Source: Glaucostegus cemiculus (Eukaryota). From it: a stretch of 64,000 bases of DNA. This document shows, in pieces, positions 12,281 through 23,964 of the stretch (positions within the stretch are counted from its first letter, which is position 1; every line of letters starts with the position of its first letter). The notes beneath the pieces were generated by a model, which made no database searches, was not told the origin of the DNA, and saw only the letters and a list, made by a program, of their open reading frames with translations. The translations under genes were made by a program, and so were the position numbers. The DNA lies in the NCBI GenBank assembly GCA_976551045.1, contig CDPCPM010000233.1, positions 10,044,001 to 10,108,000 of the forward strand, read 5' to 3'.

Positions 12281-13529
12281 AGTGTTCATTAGAAATTGGA
12301 TTGCATTTACTTTTGGTATGCTGAGGTGTTGTTGCATTTGGTACTACCACCAAATTGCAGACAATGACAAAACTGATCAGAACCCAATGTAAAACAGCAT
12401 TAATGGTTAGAAGTCAGAAACAAGCACTTACACAGGCGAGGAATGATTTCTGATGGATCCCACAGTACAACACAGCTCCTGCACGGTATTTGGAGGAGGT
12501 CATCGCCCCTTAAAACCAGGATCTTTATGAGGAGTGGAAGGATCTCTATTCCTTAAACTCTGTCTACACTGCTTCCCTTCTCTCCTCAGCTGCAAGGTGA
12601 GGTTGTGGGTGTTTGGATGAGACCTCCCCCTGCCTTTCTCGGGCTCCTGCAGGTCCCTAGGCTCTTTCATTGCCCTCTGGTTCTAGGACCTTGCTGCTCT
12701 TCCTCTGGCACCTAATTTTATGAGGTTAGCACCACAAAAGTGGAGGCTACGTTTTCTAACCTGTGGTGTCTCAGGATCAGTGTCAGCATTGGAGGTGGAG
12801 TGGATCAAAGGGGATGAGGAGGGAGAAGCACTGGAGGTTGTTGGATGGATCAGGAGGAGGGACAGTACTGGATGTAGAGTGGGTGGTTCCGGGGCAGAGA
12901 TCCTGACTGAAGAGAGTCATACAGCATGGAAACAGGCCCTTCAGCTCACTCGTCCATGTCAACTATGTTTCCCAGCAAGACATAATGGCTCTCAAGCAGT
13001 ATGAAAAGACTTGTTTAATGCTGACCTGCCTTTGCTGTCTTTGTGGTCACTGATGCACAATACAAAAGATGTATGGACTGTATTTTTGCATATGGATCTG
13101 ACCTACCAATGACTATCCTCCTTCGTTTCAGTTACAACATAGATATCGAAATGTTACAGGTTTTTTTTACTAAACTTGCTTATGTCTTTTGCAACAAATT
13201 TTGTATTTTTGCTTTGCAATGGATATGGCAAGGCTGGAGGTACTGAGTGTATAAACTGAAATGGTTATTTCTAGGTAGAGACCTGATTTTGGGGGTGGTG
13301 TGGGGGAAATAAATTTTGAAAATGACTGTTTATAAAATAAGATGGTACAGGCAAATGGTGTTGTTCTGTGTTTTTCTTCCAATAATACGCCTATATGCAT
13401 ATTGTTGGGTGATAGTGTGGAAGAAGATTATTTAACTTGTAATAATGCACATGTCATTGTGGATTAAATGACAGATAAATCTTTCAGTGGCTACTCACAC
13501 AGAGTCCACACTGACCGTCAGCCACTCAG

Positions 13530-13714
13530 TTACAGTAATCCTACCTGCCTACACACCAGGGACAATTTACAGTGGCCAACTGACTAACTAGCCCGCCCAC
13601 CTTTGGGATGTGGGAGGAAATCCAGCTGCAAACTCCACACAGAGAGCACTCGTGGTTAAGATTGAACCCAGGTCTCCGGTGCTGGGATGTAGTGACTCTA
13701 CCAGCTGTGCCACC
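13530..13714 (-). mobile_element. Older V-domain SINE
   Basis: GGGATGTGGGAGGAAA..CAAACTCCACACAG..ATTGAACCCAGGTCTC..GCTGTGCCACC is the reversed head and core. Confidence 0.75.
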
Positions 13715-14390
13715 CAAGAGGCTTTCAGCCTCTTTGGGTTTGGTTCTGCTTTTGTGATCCAAACACCAGTCGTCGTCGGAACAAATCTGCTTTATTTGCT
13801 CTTCCTAATGAAATTAGTAAGTGCATGTTTAAAGAATATCTTTGTATTTATGGTCAGGTCAAAACCATTCTTTGACTAAGCTCAATTAAAAGCAAAACCT
13901 TTGGCTATGGATCAACAGCTATGGAGTTAAGAGCAAGGTTTGGATCTGGTTGCAGAAACTTTACTGTAACTTTTGTGTGAGGAAGAGGGGTTCAGCAGGG
14001 AACTTGACAAATTGTAAAACCCACTTGTTCTTTGCAAGAGAGGTCTAATTGACTTCAAATTCCTGTGTCCCATTTTGTGGTGGCATAAATGCAACAGAAT
14101 GGGAGTTGTTTTCAATCACGTTACAGAAATCGGTGTGTGTTACAAAATCTCAGAGATGGATAAAGTTACATTATGTTGGTTAGACATAAATATGAGAGCA
14201 AGTATGGTGCAGTCAAGGATGAGGGAGGTGTTAGTGGTGATGTGAAGAAAGTATGGATTTGGAAAGAGTGGAAAAGTGGAGGAACTGTGTTTACAAAGAC
14301 CTGCATGTAATTAAGTGGCTCAGTTGTCTTTTGAAAGGTGGTGCTCAAGAATGAAGGCAAGCATCTAACTTTGAGCTAATAGAAATATTG

Positions 14391-14665
14391 CTGGTATTGG
14401 TTTATTATTGTCACATGTACTGAGATACAGTGAAAAGCTTTTGTTTGTGTACCACCCGGAGAGATCATGCCATATATCAGTACACCAAGGTAGTAAAAGA
14501 AAAACAGAATGCAGAATAGAGTGTTCCAGTTTTACAGAGGAAGTGCAGAGCAGGTAGACAATTAAAGTGCAAGGGCCACAGCAAGGTAGATTGGGAGATC
14601 AGAGTTCAAGAGTTCATCTTTTAGTGTATGAGAGGTCTGTTCAAAAGTCTGATAACAGTGGAATA
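14391..14665 (-). mobile_element. Rex1/Babar-like LINE 3' end
   Basis: GGTATTGGTTTATTATTGTCACATGTAC...GTTCAAAAGTCTGATAACAGTGG. Confidence 0.8.
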
Positions 14666-15197
14666 GAAATTCGGGGAAGGAGATGTACAATAGTCGCAGT
14701 TTCTGGGGTGAAGTCATTGAGATGGCTGTAGGCTGGACCTCCATGATACAAGAAATCCTTTCCAGTATTGAAGAGGTTTAATGCCTTGCCAGGTCAGGGA
14801 AGATAACAATGTTTTTTAAATAATTAACAAGTGATAAATAATATAAGTGTATTGTTATGTTCACCACAATAAGCAGGGATGTTTTCCTTATCTCAGCAGC
14901 TGTCATCTGGCAGAACTCATATCATATACCTCACATTCTGTACCGTATCCAAATCTCTCAAATAATGTCCTTGCTTTCTCTTAATTAATTCCAAACATTT
15001 TGTGAAATTATTGATAGCAACTGTAGAATGTGGACGCTGCCGGAACAAATTCCTGCCATGCAGCCTTCCCGCAGGAGAATGCCAGAAAATACCTAGCCTT
15101 TAGGAGATGATATGCCAATAATACATGGAGGGAAATTTATTAATGTGGTCATCGGCTCTGGCCTTGTAGTTAAGGTTGGCCATGTCAGTCTTGGTGG

Positions 15198-16023
15198 TGT
15201 TATGAAACCAGCAACAAAAGAAGCACACCAAGTCATACTTCAGTGTTAAAACTACTTTATTAATAACTACTTCCGATAATACGTAAAATAAGAACAAAAA
15301 GTTAGTATATTAGTACAAAACAAAATATTAGAGTCTTAAGCTATAACCCCAAAAACTACTCATCATGTGTGTGTGGCAAATTCCTAAACTCAAAGTCCAG
15401 GAATTAGTTCTTAAAGTTCAGTTCAGTAAGCTGCAAGATGAAACCCGAATAAAGGTTCCTTCACAAGCACTGTCCACTGAAGACAAAACATAGATATAGA
15501 GAGAGATTAGAAAGGAATCACGAAGTCCGAATGTTCCACTCGGAATACAAACGACACTTCAGGGCTAACTCGGTAGTGACTTTCTCACCCCAAAAACTCC
15601 TGGATCGTGACTGTCCATGCAAATACCTGTGTTCTTCTACAGGTTAGCAGCAAAGTGAATTCTGTCACTTTGTTCCACAGTATCTGCCACTCTGAAGAGC
15701 ATCCAAAATGTGGTAATCCACGCAAACACCTGTGTCCTTCTACAGGTTACTGACAAAGTGAACTCCACTGGACTACTCCAGAAATCCACGGATTTTAGTG
15801 ACAAACACAGTTACTGTCCTTCATTCATCGACAGAAACAAAATAGGCTGCCGTCTCTCCTTCTTCTCTCTCTCCATCTGTTGTCTCTCTCTCTCTCCTCT
15901 CTTTTTCTTTCTTGTAATGACCTCATCACGTTCGTCTTATCTTCTGTTGACGTAATACGTTGCACACACACACAATGTCCCATCTTAAAGGGATATTTGC
16001 CTATAGTAAGCTACTTCGTAACA
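15198..16023 (-). repeat. 3' LTR (826 bp)
   Basis: TGTTATGAA...TTCGTAACA; copy of 19416-20259; minus-strand AATAAA at 15256-15261, about 60 nt from the LTR end. Confidence 0.95.
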
Positions 16024-16032
16024 CCTCCCACA
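16024..16032 (-). promoter_or_regulatory. Short polypurine tract
   Basis: Minus strand TGTGGGAGG directly abuts the TGT start of the 3' LTR. Confidence 0.6.
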
Positions 16033-16148
16033 CAAACAAAATTTTTTTCCAAAAAAAATTATTACCCGCGCATATAGTTAGTGATGTTAATAATTATCAT
16101 CCTACATAATAACAGTATATCAGATTAGTAATGATACAGGTCTTTCAT

Positions 16149-16787
16149 TTAACATCGAGAAAGGCAATCAGCAATCACATTATCTTCATACAATCCAGAA
16201 GGGGTTACAAAGGCAGAAATCTCCCTTCTTCTCTCTGTTAATAGAACACACCAGTACCCTTTTAATAAGTTAATCTTTGGAAGAAATTTGGCCTTCCCCA
16301 CTCTATCTATACAATCATCCACCATTGGAACAGGGTACGCATCCGACTTTGTCACAGCATTCACTTTTCTGTAATCTGTACAAAATCTAATGGTTCCATC
16401 AGGTTTAGGCACAATAACACAGGGTGAACTCCAGTTTGATCTGGAACGTCTGATGATATCATTTTCTAACATATACTCAATTTCCTGATCAACAAGTTTA
16501 CTTTTATCCACATTCATTCAATATGGGTGTTGTTTGATTGATTTTGCATCCCCAACATCAACATCATGGGTAATTATTGACGTTCTGTTTGGCACATTGG
16601 GAAAAAGATTTTCAAATTTTAAAAGTAACTGTTTCATCTGCTGTTTCTGTGAATCTTGTAAATGGTCCAACTTTGGCTCAAGGTTCTCCAAGATATTTTG
16701 GTTTTCTAGCCTTGCTGAAACAATATTTGGTCTACATTGGCCTTCCTCATTGTCAACAACAGATGTCCCAGGGACATTCCTCACGGA
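16149..16787 (-). pseudogene. pol part 2: RT N-terminal part fused directly to the last RNase H residues
   Basis: KQHPY*MN (likely CGA>TGA at 16518-16520); WSSPCVIVPKPDGTIRFCTDYRKVN; KINLLKGYW; SAFVTPSGLYE then DNVIADCLSRC*. No MPFG, YxDD or RNase H core. Confidence 0.9.
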
Positions 16788-17500
16788 CTGATTCCCAACT
16801 TTAGACTTTGGCAATGATCCAACACAATCCAAAATCACCTTTGAAAGCATTCACCAAAAGCAGAAATGGGTTTCAAAGGAGCCACAGGGGGTTTTTGCTT
16901 TGGTTTACCTACCATCTGACATGTATGACAGGTTCGACAAAACATCACCACATCCTTTCTCAAACCAGGCCAATAGAATTGTTTCAAAATCTTCCCCACA
17001 GTTTTATTCACCCGAAAATGACCACCTAAAGGCATGCTATGGGCCAGGTTTAAAATCTCATCCCGATAAACTTTAGGAACTACAACCTGATGAATAACTT
17101 CCCACTCCTCATTCACAGGGACATGAGGTGGTCTCCATTTCCTCATTAACAATCCATCCTTGACATAATATCCAACTGGCACTTTTTCAATTTCCTCACA
17201 CGAGAGTGCTTTATCCCTCAGTTCAGTCAGTTCAGTGTCTTTATTCTGTTCCACCATAAATTCTTTCCTTGACAAAGACAAATCTTTGTATTCAGGCCCA
17301 CTACCAAAACTTTGATCCTCCAGTGAAGACAGAAAAGTGTCAGACAAATCATCATAATTTTCCTCTTGTTTAGGACTATCACAAGGAACAATTTCAGACT
17401 GTGTAGAATTCTCGGCCTTAGCTAATTCTTTAGCTTTAGCTCGAGTTACTGCACAAGATGGATAAACGTCTGCCTCATTCTCAGATTCAGTAAAGCTTGG
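16788..17500 (-). pseudogene. pol part 1: linker, integrase H2C2 zinc finger and start of integrase core (frameshifted, truncated)
   Basis: VYPSCAVTRA after the frameshift; HSMPLGGH...FYWPGLRKDVVMFCRTCHTC; second frameshift near 16845; then VILDCVGSLPKSKVGNQ, where core homology stops abruptly. Confidence 0.9.
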
Positions 17501-19232
17501 TTTCGTTTATTAACTGTACCACAGGAACAAATTCTTCACCTGCAAGGTCATTTCCCAATAACAAAGAAACACCCTCCACTGGTAAACTTGGTCGTATCCC
17601 TATCTCAACAGGTCCTTCTACGAACTTTGATTTTAAAATCACCTTGTGCAAAGGGACAAACTTGGTCTCACCTGTAACACCTCGCACTAGATTTACCTCA
17701 CCAGTTTCAGTTTCCTTACCAAAATTTAAAACACTGTCCAGCAATAGCGATTGGGAAGCTCCAGTATCTCTAAGGATTTTCACTGGCACCTGGGGTGACC
17801 CATCATTCAGTGAAACAAAACCTTCTGATACATACGAATGGAATTCCTCCCTCACCTCATCCAACTTTTCAGTCTTCACCTCTAGCAAGGACTGATCTTT
17901 CACAACCTCCCCTAAACCTCTTTTATTTTTGGGTTTAATAACTTGACAACAAGCAGTTGGCACAGCTCCCTTTTCTTGCTTTTTCTTCAAAACAGAATAG
18001 TCAAATTTCATATGACCAGGCTTCTTACAGTAATAACATAGACGCTCAGCAGGTTTCTCCAGCACTGGCTTCTTGTCATCCTTCCCTTTCGGATTATCTC
18101 CCAATTTAATCTCTGGTTTACCTGGATTGTCTCTGTAACTCCTTTGAAAGGTTTTAGTTTGTCCCCATCTGTATTTATGGGTTAAAGCATAATCATCTGC
18201 CAACCTAGCAGTTTCTTGTAAAGTGTCCACATTCTTTTCATTCAGGTATGCAGCTATTTCAGCTGGTACACATCTTTTAAAGTCTTCTATTAAAACTAAT
18301 TCTGCCAATTTCTTATAATCATCAACTACATCTTTCGCCATACACCACCGTTTAAAACATATTCTCTTTCCACTGGCAAACTCCATGTATGTTTGATCTG
18401 AAGATTTCTTCAAATCTCTAAACTTTTGTCTGTACGCTTCCAGTACCAACTCATAGACTTTCAAGATTGCTTGTTTTACCTTTTCATAATCAGCTGCCTC
18501 CTCCACAGACAAAGCAGAATAAGCTTTTTGAGCTTTGCCTTTAATCACACTCTGTAACATAAGAGCCCATCTCTTCTTTGGCCAATTTAGACTTGTAGCA
18601 ACCTTTTCAAAATGTTGGAAATACTGTTCAACCTGATCTTCATCAAAAGGAGGGACTAATCGAACCTCCCTACTGGCTGAAAACTCATCATCAGAATCAG
18701 ATTCCGAACTCTGTCTCTTCAGTCGTAAATCATATTTCCTTTGTTTCTCCCTTTCCTTACTTTCCAGCTCCATCCGCTTTAATTCCAACCTCCTTTCCTC
18801 TGCCTGAGCTTCATACTTCATCCTCTGTTCCTCTGATTCCAGCTTCCTTTGCTCTGCTTCAAATTTCAATCGTTCCCGTTCAGATTCTAGTTTCCTTTGC
18901 TCTGCTTCAGCCTCAAATTTCAATCTTTTCCTTTCTAACTCAGCATCTATCTTTCTTTGTTCTATCTCTAATTTCTTTTGTTCAGCTTGTATCTTGGCTA
19001 GCTGAACTTGAGCATCAGAAATCGTTTGTTCACTGCCAGGAAATTGTTTTACTACTCCCTCTTCAAACACTTGCATCTCCACATAATGACCAGCTATTAT
19101 TCTCTGGATATCGGCTTTTCTCATAGATTTTGTTACTGTTTCAAGTTTTAGCTCTGCAGCAAGATTTAATAATTCAGACTTCCTCATTCTCTGCAATCCA
19201 CTTGGGGTGGGTTTTTTCATAAATGCATCCAT
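17487..19232 (-). CDS. gag: Gag (coiled-coil, SCAN-like capsid, mutated zinc knuckle) fused to aspartic protease, 581 aa open frame
   Basis: ATG in strong context (ACAATGG); E/K/R-rich coiled coil; VPPFDEDQVEQYFQHFEKVA...YELVLEAYRQKFR capsid region; CYYCKKPGHMKFDY knuckle (17997-18038, last Cys is Tyr); ILRDTGASQSLL protease motif; frame ends at a +1 frameshift. Confidence 0.85.
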   Translation of the reverse strand: MDAFMKKPTPSGLQRMRKSELLNLAAELKLETVTKSMRKADIQRIIAGHYVEMQVFEEGVVKQFPGSEQTISDAQVQLAKIQAEQKKLEIEQRKIDAELERKRLKFEAEAEQRKLESERERLKFEAEQRKLESEEQRMKYEAQAEERRLELKRMELESKEREKQRKYDLRLKRQSSESDSDDEFSASREVRLVPPFDEDQVEQYFQHFEKVATSLNWPKKRWALMLQSVIKGKAQKAYSALSVEEAADYEKVKQAILKVYELVLEAYRQKFRDLKKSSDQTYMEFASGKRICFKRWCMAKDVVDDYKKLAELVLIEDFKRCVPAEIAAYLNEKNVDTLQETARLADDYALTHKYRWGQTKTFQRSYRDNPGKPEIKLGDNPKGKDDKKPVLEKPAERLCYYCKKPGHMKFDYSVLKKKQEKGAVPTACCQVIKPKNKRGLGEVVKDQSLLEVKTEKLDEVREEFHSYVSEGFVSLNDGSPQVPVKILRDTGASQSLLLDSVLNFGKETETGEVNLVRGVTGETKFVPLHKVILKSKFVEGPVEIGIRPSLPVEGVSLLLGNDLAGEEFVPVVQLINETKLY

Positions 19233-19393
19233 TGTTACTGGTTTCCACACACATGCCAATTAATAGAATTTATTGGACCAACCCCAAATGTGTTCAAACT
19301 CAGACCTCCAGTACCAGTCTTAAGTTTGACTGCAAGCCACCCTAATCAATCTTTGGACTGGGTCCCAGAACGACACTCATTAACCTTGGGAAC

Positions 19394-19410
19394 ATCCCGG
19401 ACGAGCCCCA
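19394..19410 (-). promoter_or_regulatory. Primer-binding site complementary to the tRNA-Pro 3' end
   Basis: Minus strand reads TGGGGCTCGTCCGGGAT, 5 nt inside the 5' LTR; one G short of the canonical Pro PBS TGGGGGCTCGTCCGGGAT. Confidence 0.9.
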
Positions 19411-19415
19411 AATTT

Positions 19416-20259
19416 TGTTACGAAACCAGCAACAAAAGAAGCACACCAAGTCGTACTTCAGTGTTAAAACTACTTTATTAATAACTACTTCTGATAATAC
19501 ATAAAATAAGAACAAAAAGTTAGTATATTAGTACAAAACAAAATATTAGAGTCTTAAACTATAACCCCAAAAACTACTTGTCGTGTGTGTGTGTGGCAAA
19601 TTCCTAAACTCAAAGTCCAGGAATTAGTTCTTAAAGTTCAGTTCAATAAGCCGTAAGATGAAACACGAATAAAGGCTTCTTCACAAGCACTGTCCACCGA
19701 AGACAAAACATAGATATAGAGAGAGATTAGAAAGGATCACGAAGTCTGAATGTTCCACTCGGAATACAAACGACACTTCAGGGCTAACTCGGTAGTGACT
19801 TTCTCACCCCGAAAACTCCTGGATCATGACTGTCCATGCAAATACCTGTGTTCTTCTACAGGTTAGCAGCAAAGTGAATTCTGTCACTTTGTTCCACAGT
19901 ATCTGCCACTCTGAAGAGCATCCAAAATGTGGTCATCCACGCAAACACCTGTGTCCTTCTACAGGTTACTGACAAAGTGAACTCCACTGGACTACTCCAG
20001 AAATCCATCCACAGATTTTAGTGACAAACACAGTTACTGTCCTTCATCCATCGACAGAAACAAAACAGGCTGCCGTCTCTCCTTCTTCTCTCTCTCTCTC
20101 TCTCTCTCTCTGTCTGTTTGTCTCTCTCTCTCTCCTCTCTTTTTCTTTCTTGTAATGACCTCATCATGTTCGTCTTATCTTCTGTTGACTTAATACGTTG
20201 CACACACACAATGTCCCATCTTAAAGGGATATTTGCCTATAATAAGCTACTTCGTAACA
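19416..20259 (-). repeat. 5' LTR (844 bp)
   Basis: On the + strand starts TGTTACGAA and ends TTCGTAACA (9-bp terminal inverted repeat); about 97% identical to 15198-16023; adjacent to the PBS. Confidence 0.95.
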
Positions 20260-20449
20260 GTGGATTCAGTGGGCTCATGTACATACCTTTATAATTTATT
20301 GTTTCCATATTTTCTTCATTCTCTGATCTTTTATATGAAATCCTCAAGGCCAATAATTAGGATATAGGAGACTATATATGGAAATATGTAGTGGCGCACT
20401 CATATAGAATTGATCCTCAAAGTCCTGGTTGATTTAGCAATTCAGCAGC

Positions 20450-20810
20450 AGTGATGAAATGGTTAAGATAGCAGATTAGTAACCCAGAGGCCTGGTTTTC
20501 AATCCAAAAACACAAATCAAATCAAATCATGGCAGCTGTGAAATTTGTCCAATTAACAATCTAGAACTTTTTTTTACTATTACCCAGTAGTTATTAATTT
20601 TTAAAAAGTCCATCAGCTTCCTTCAGAGGAACAGTACTGTCTTGGCTAATGTGACTGCAGTCTGTAGCAATGTGATTGTCCTCCGAGTTAAGTGTCAATC
20701 ACATTGCTACAGGCTGCAGCATATCATTTAAATTTGCTTGGGGGCTCACCACCAAGGGGATAAATGTTGGCCTTGTCAATAATACCTACATCTTGAGAAA
20801 TGAATAAGTA
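20450..20810 (+). mobile_element. Ancient SINE-like repeat sharing its 3' tail with the LINE at 36540
   Basis: GATTAGTAACCCAGAGGCC head; tail GGCTCACCACC..ATAAATGTTGGCCTTGTC..ACATC..AATGAAT. Confidence 0.5.
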
Positions 20811-22499
20811 ACAAGAAAATACTGAAAAAAAAATTGTTTTTAAAATTGGTAGTGTTGATAGACTGTACAAATTGAATTGCCCTGACAAAAAGGAATTTGG
20901 TGACACTTATTTTTTAGAGCAGTCCACATGGAATTGGCTGATTGTTCAATAGCATCATGCTCACTGAAAAGAGCTTGCATTTTTGGGGAGAAAAGAGCTG
21001 TGGGTATTTTGTCTGAGTTGTCCATCCTTGTTGCAACAATGAGAAGCTTCTCCAAAACTTCATTATTGAACAGAAGCTCGTGAGACCCAGGAAAGGTATT
21101 ATTTCATTGGTCCAAAATTGGAAACCCACGACGTCATTTTCTGCCACACATAATTTGGTCTTGCCTGGTGAAGTTGCCTTTGCAGGTTCATCCCCTTCCA
21201 AGATGGAGTAGGACTACTCGAGGGCCAGAATAAGCCCCAATGACAACCTTGTTGCCCAAGCGTTGACAGCTGGCTAAACCTCACTCCATGGCTAACAAAA
21301 CTGTCAAGTATATGAATGCTTCTGACATTCAGAAATATTTAAAAACTTAAATATGGTATTAAAAACAATCTTCAGAGAACCTAACTATTACCTGGTTTAG
21401 TCTTTCCTTGCCATTCCTTAGCATTTCCATGAAGAATTATTCCCTGTGATAATCCAACCTGGTTCTGAGATATTCATACGAAACCCTCAAGTTAACAATG
21501 ATATGCCCATCTTTGTGCTCCCACATTGAACACAAGAAGGTGTGCATTCAAAAAAGGCAAAAGAAAAAGTTGATTGCAACCTTAGGGTTTCTACATTTGC
21601 ACAGAAATCCCTGAAGGTGCTGAGAGTCATGTATGGAAGTGTCAGCTGTTACACAGGGAAATGCTGACATTTCTTCACATTATGTTTAATCCAATCAGTT
21701 GTAAGTATAATATTCTTTTGAATGCAGCAGGATTACTTCAGACTTCCTATGAGGTAATGTAAACAGGTTGATAACAAAGGAATGTCAAACTAGAACTTTG
21801 ATCCCTTAGGATATTTATTTCAGCACTATACAAAAGAAAATTGACTTTACCTGGTGTGAAATGCAGCAACACCCATTTTTTGGTTATTTTGTCAGTTCAG
21901 AAATTCAGATGGGCACTTCCTAGAATGAATCACACTTATTGGGGTATTGCGTCTGTTGCTGAATGTGCACCTAATGTGAATCTATATTTTTTTAACCAGA
22001 TAAAGTTGTGACTTTCTTACAAAGTACCTGTGTTTGGTATGTGCTGTACCAATCACATTTTCATAAATTAAAAAAAAAGAAAATACCAATGTATTCAGCA
22101 GGTCAGGGAATGTCTGTGGAAAGAGAAACCTTTTTTAACATTTTAGATCATCAGAACTGGGAAGGTCAGAGATTAATGGGCTTCCCACTGGGATGCAATT
22201 GCTGTGGAACATACTTACTGGTAAAATGGTGCTGAACACCTGGTAGAACTCGACAGTCTTTCCCTCTAATTGATCCTGTAGGGCACATTGGTCTCATTGG
22301 TCTGCAAGAGAGGTCACGTGACCAGCCCTTGACTATACTGATGAGACCAGCCTTGAAAGCACAATCCTTCCCCACCAAGGTGCAAGTTTTTCATGTACTA
22401 TACATTTACACTGGATGTCCTGAGTGAGTACACTTAATCAAATGAGTTGTGGTTCTTCTTGTTCCTGCCTTTCATGACATCATTCTCCACGTGCTCCAA

Positions 22500-22690
22500 A
22501 AACTACAGGTACTGAAATAAAACCTGAAAATACTGGGAATACTCAGCAGGCCAGGCAGCATCTGTGGAAAGAGAAACTGTTAGTGATTCAGGTCAGAGAC
22601 CTTGTACAAAGGGTCCTGGGTCTGATCTCTTTCTGCAGATGTTGTTTGACAATGGTTCAAAGCTGTGCTCAGATTTTCCTGCATGTGGGC
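22500..22690. mobile_element. Penelope-derived fold-back element
   Basis: GGAATACTCAGCAGGCCAGGCAGCATCTGTGGAAAGAGA followed by the inverted copy TCTCTTTCTGCAGATGTTGTTTGAC. Confidence 0.6.
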
Positions 22691-23964
22691 TGGGTGTCAT
22701 AGATCGGTCTGTCTAGATATTAACACGCAGAAGGCTGGGGATTTGGCTTGCTTTATTAATTACAAACAACTAAATGTTCAGCCTGGGCATGGAGTGAGCA
22801 GTATTACAAATTACAGCATTAAGACAAAGTGCAGAAATTGTGAAAGATTGAAGTCAAGAGAATGGGCAGGTTAATACAAACACATTTCAGAAGCAAAGAG
22901 AGGGATAAGAAATGCACCTTAAAGGATGAGATTGTAAATACAATAAAAAGTGGCATTGAATAATGGAAAGTTATAGCTGGAACAACAGAAAATAAAACCC
23001 ACGCTGGAAAAGTTGTGTGGATACAGCTCAGAAGGTTATGTAGTATTGTATAGTTTTGAATGCCTTGTTACAGGAAATTTAATGTCATACTGTGTAATTT
23101 GGAACAGCCTATTCTTTGAAATGTTATCATGGCAATTAGAAAGGTACAAAATTACTGGAAAAATAGTGGTTTACTTTGATAAATGACAATTTAAGGAGCT
23201 GGGGCTCTATTATTCTGAAGAGTTTATTTTCGTTGTTGAGTGAGCTTCAGAATTACAATGAAATGCAGTAGGTCCATTGAGACACATTGTTCAGCCCAAT
23301 GTTAATGGGGGAACCACAAATGTGAGATAATCATGAAAAGAATTAAATAAGATAAATCTTAATTCTTTATCTAAGCCTCTAGGTAAAATTTTAGAATTTA
23401 GAATGCTGATATTTAGAGCCCATCAACTTGTTTAAAAGACACTTAAGAAAAACAATCTGTGATAATGTTATGATGCTGTTAGACACTAGGCAGTAGTCGT
23501 TGGAGTACTCTTTATACCTGCAATATATTATCATGTACTAGTGGGCTTCCAAGTAATTACAGAACTAGTATGGTTTTTTTTAAAAAAAGATGTGTCTAAA
23601 TGGACATAAGCAATTAACAGCTAAGAAAACTGAGGAAGGGTTGGGATTATTTTACACTAACAATATAACACAATTAAGAGGTAAAAAGCAGAAGCAAAAG
23701 AGCAGGACAGAGAAAACAACAGAAAATAGGTTAAGGTTTTGCAAGATATCAATCAGAGAGAAATAAGAACAGAAAATGCTGACACTATTCAGCAGGTCAG
23801 ATGGCATGTGTAGAGGAGCAGTGTAAATGCTTCAGATCTCTGGAGGAGTGTAATTAGAAGCAGATGAATGAGGGCAGTAGAGAGAGGAAATCACGTGCTG
23901 GAATCACAATAGTTGCTGAGAATCTGAAATAAGAGGGCTGAAGTGCTTAGCAGATTGGATGAAA

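Larger units (their letters stand above)
15198..20259 (-). mobile_element. Gmr1-like Ty3/Gypsy LTR retrotransposon, internally deleted (non-autonomous)
   Basis: Two long direct repeats with TGT...ACA ends; GTGG TSD at 15194-15197 and 20260-20263; tRNA-Pro PBS; minus-strand ORFs in the order gag-PR-IN-RT-RH tail. IN before RT in a Gypsy-type element is characteristic of the Gmr1 clade. Confidence 0.95.

Noticed and set aside
11466-12353. Gly-rich and Pro-rich ORFs
   Set aside because: Produced by the stop-poor G-rich minisatellite; open in many frames on both strands.
17497-17895. 132-aa + strand ORF
   Set aside because: Antisense shadow of the protease region, with no independent motif.
22338-22365. 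CTGATGA...GAAA hammerhead-like motif
   Set aside because: The intervening GACCAGCCTT forms no convincing stem II, and stems I and III are missing.
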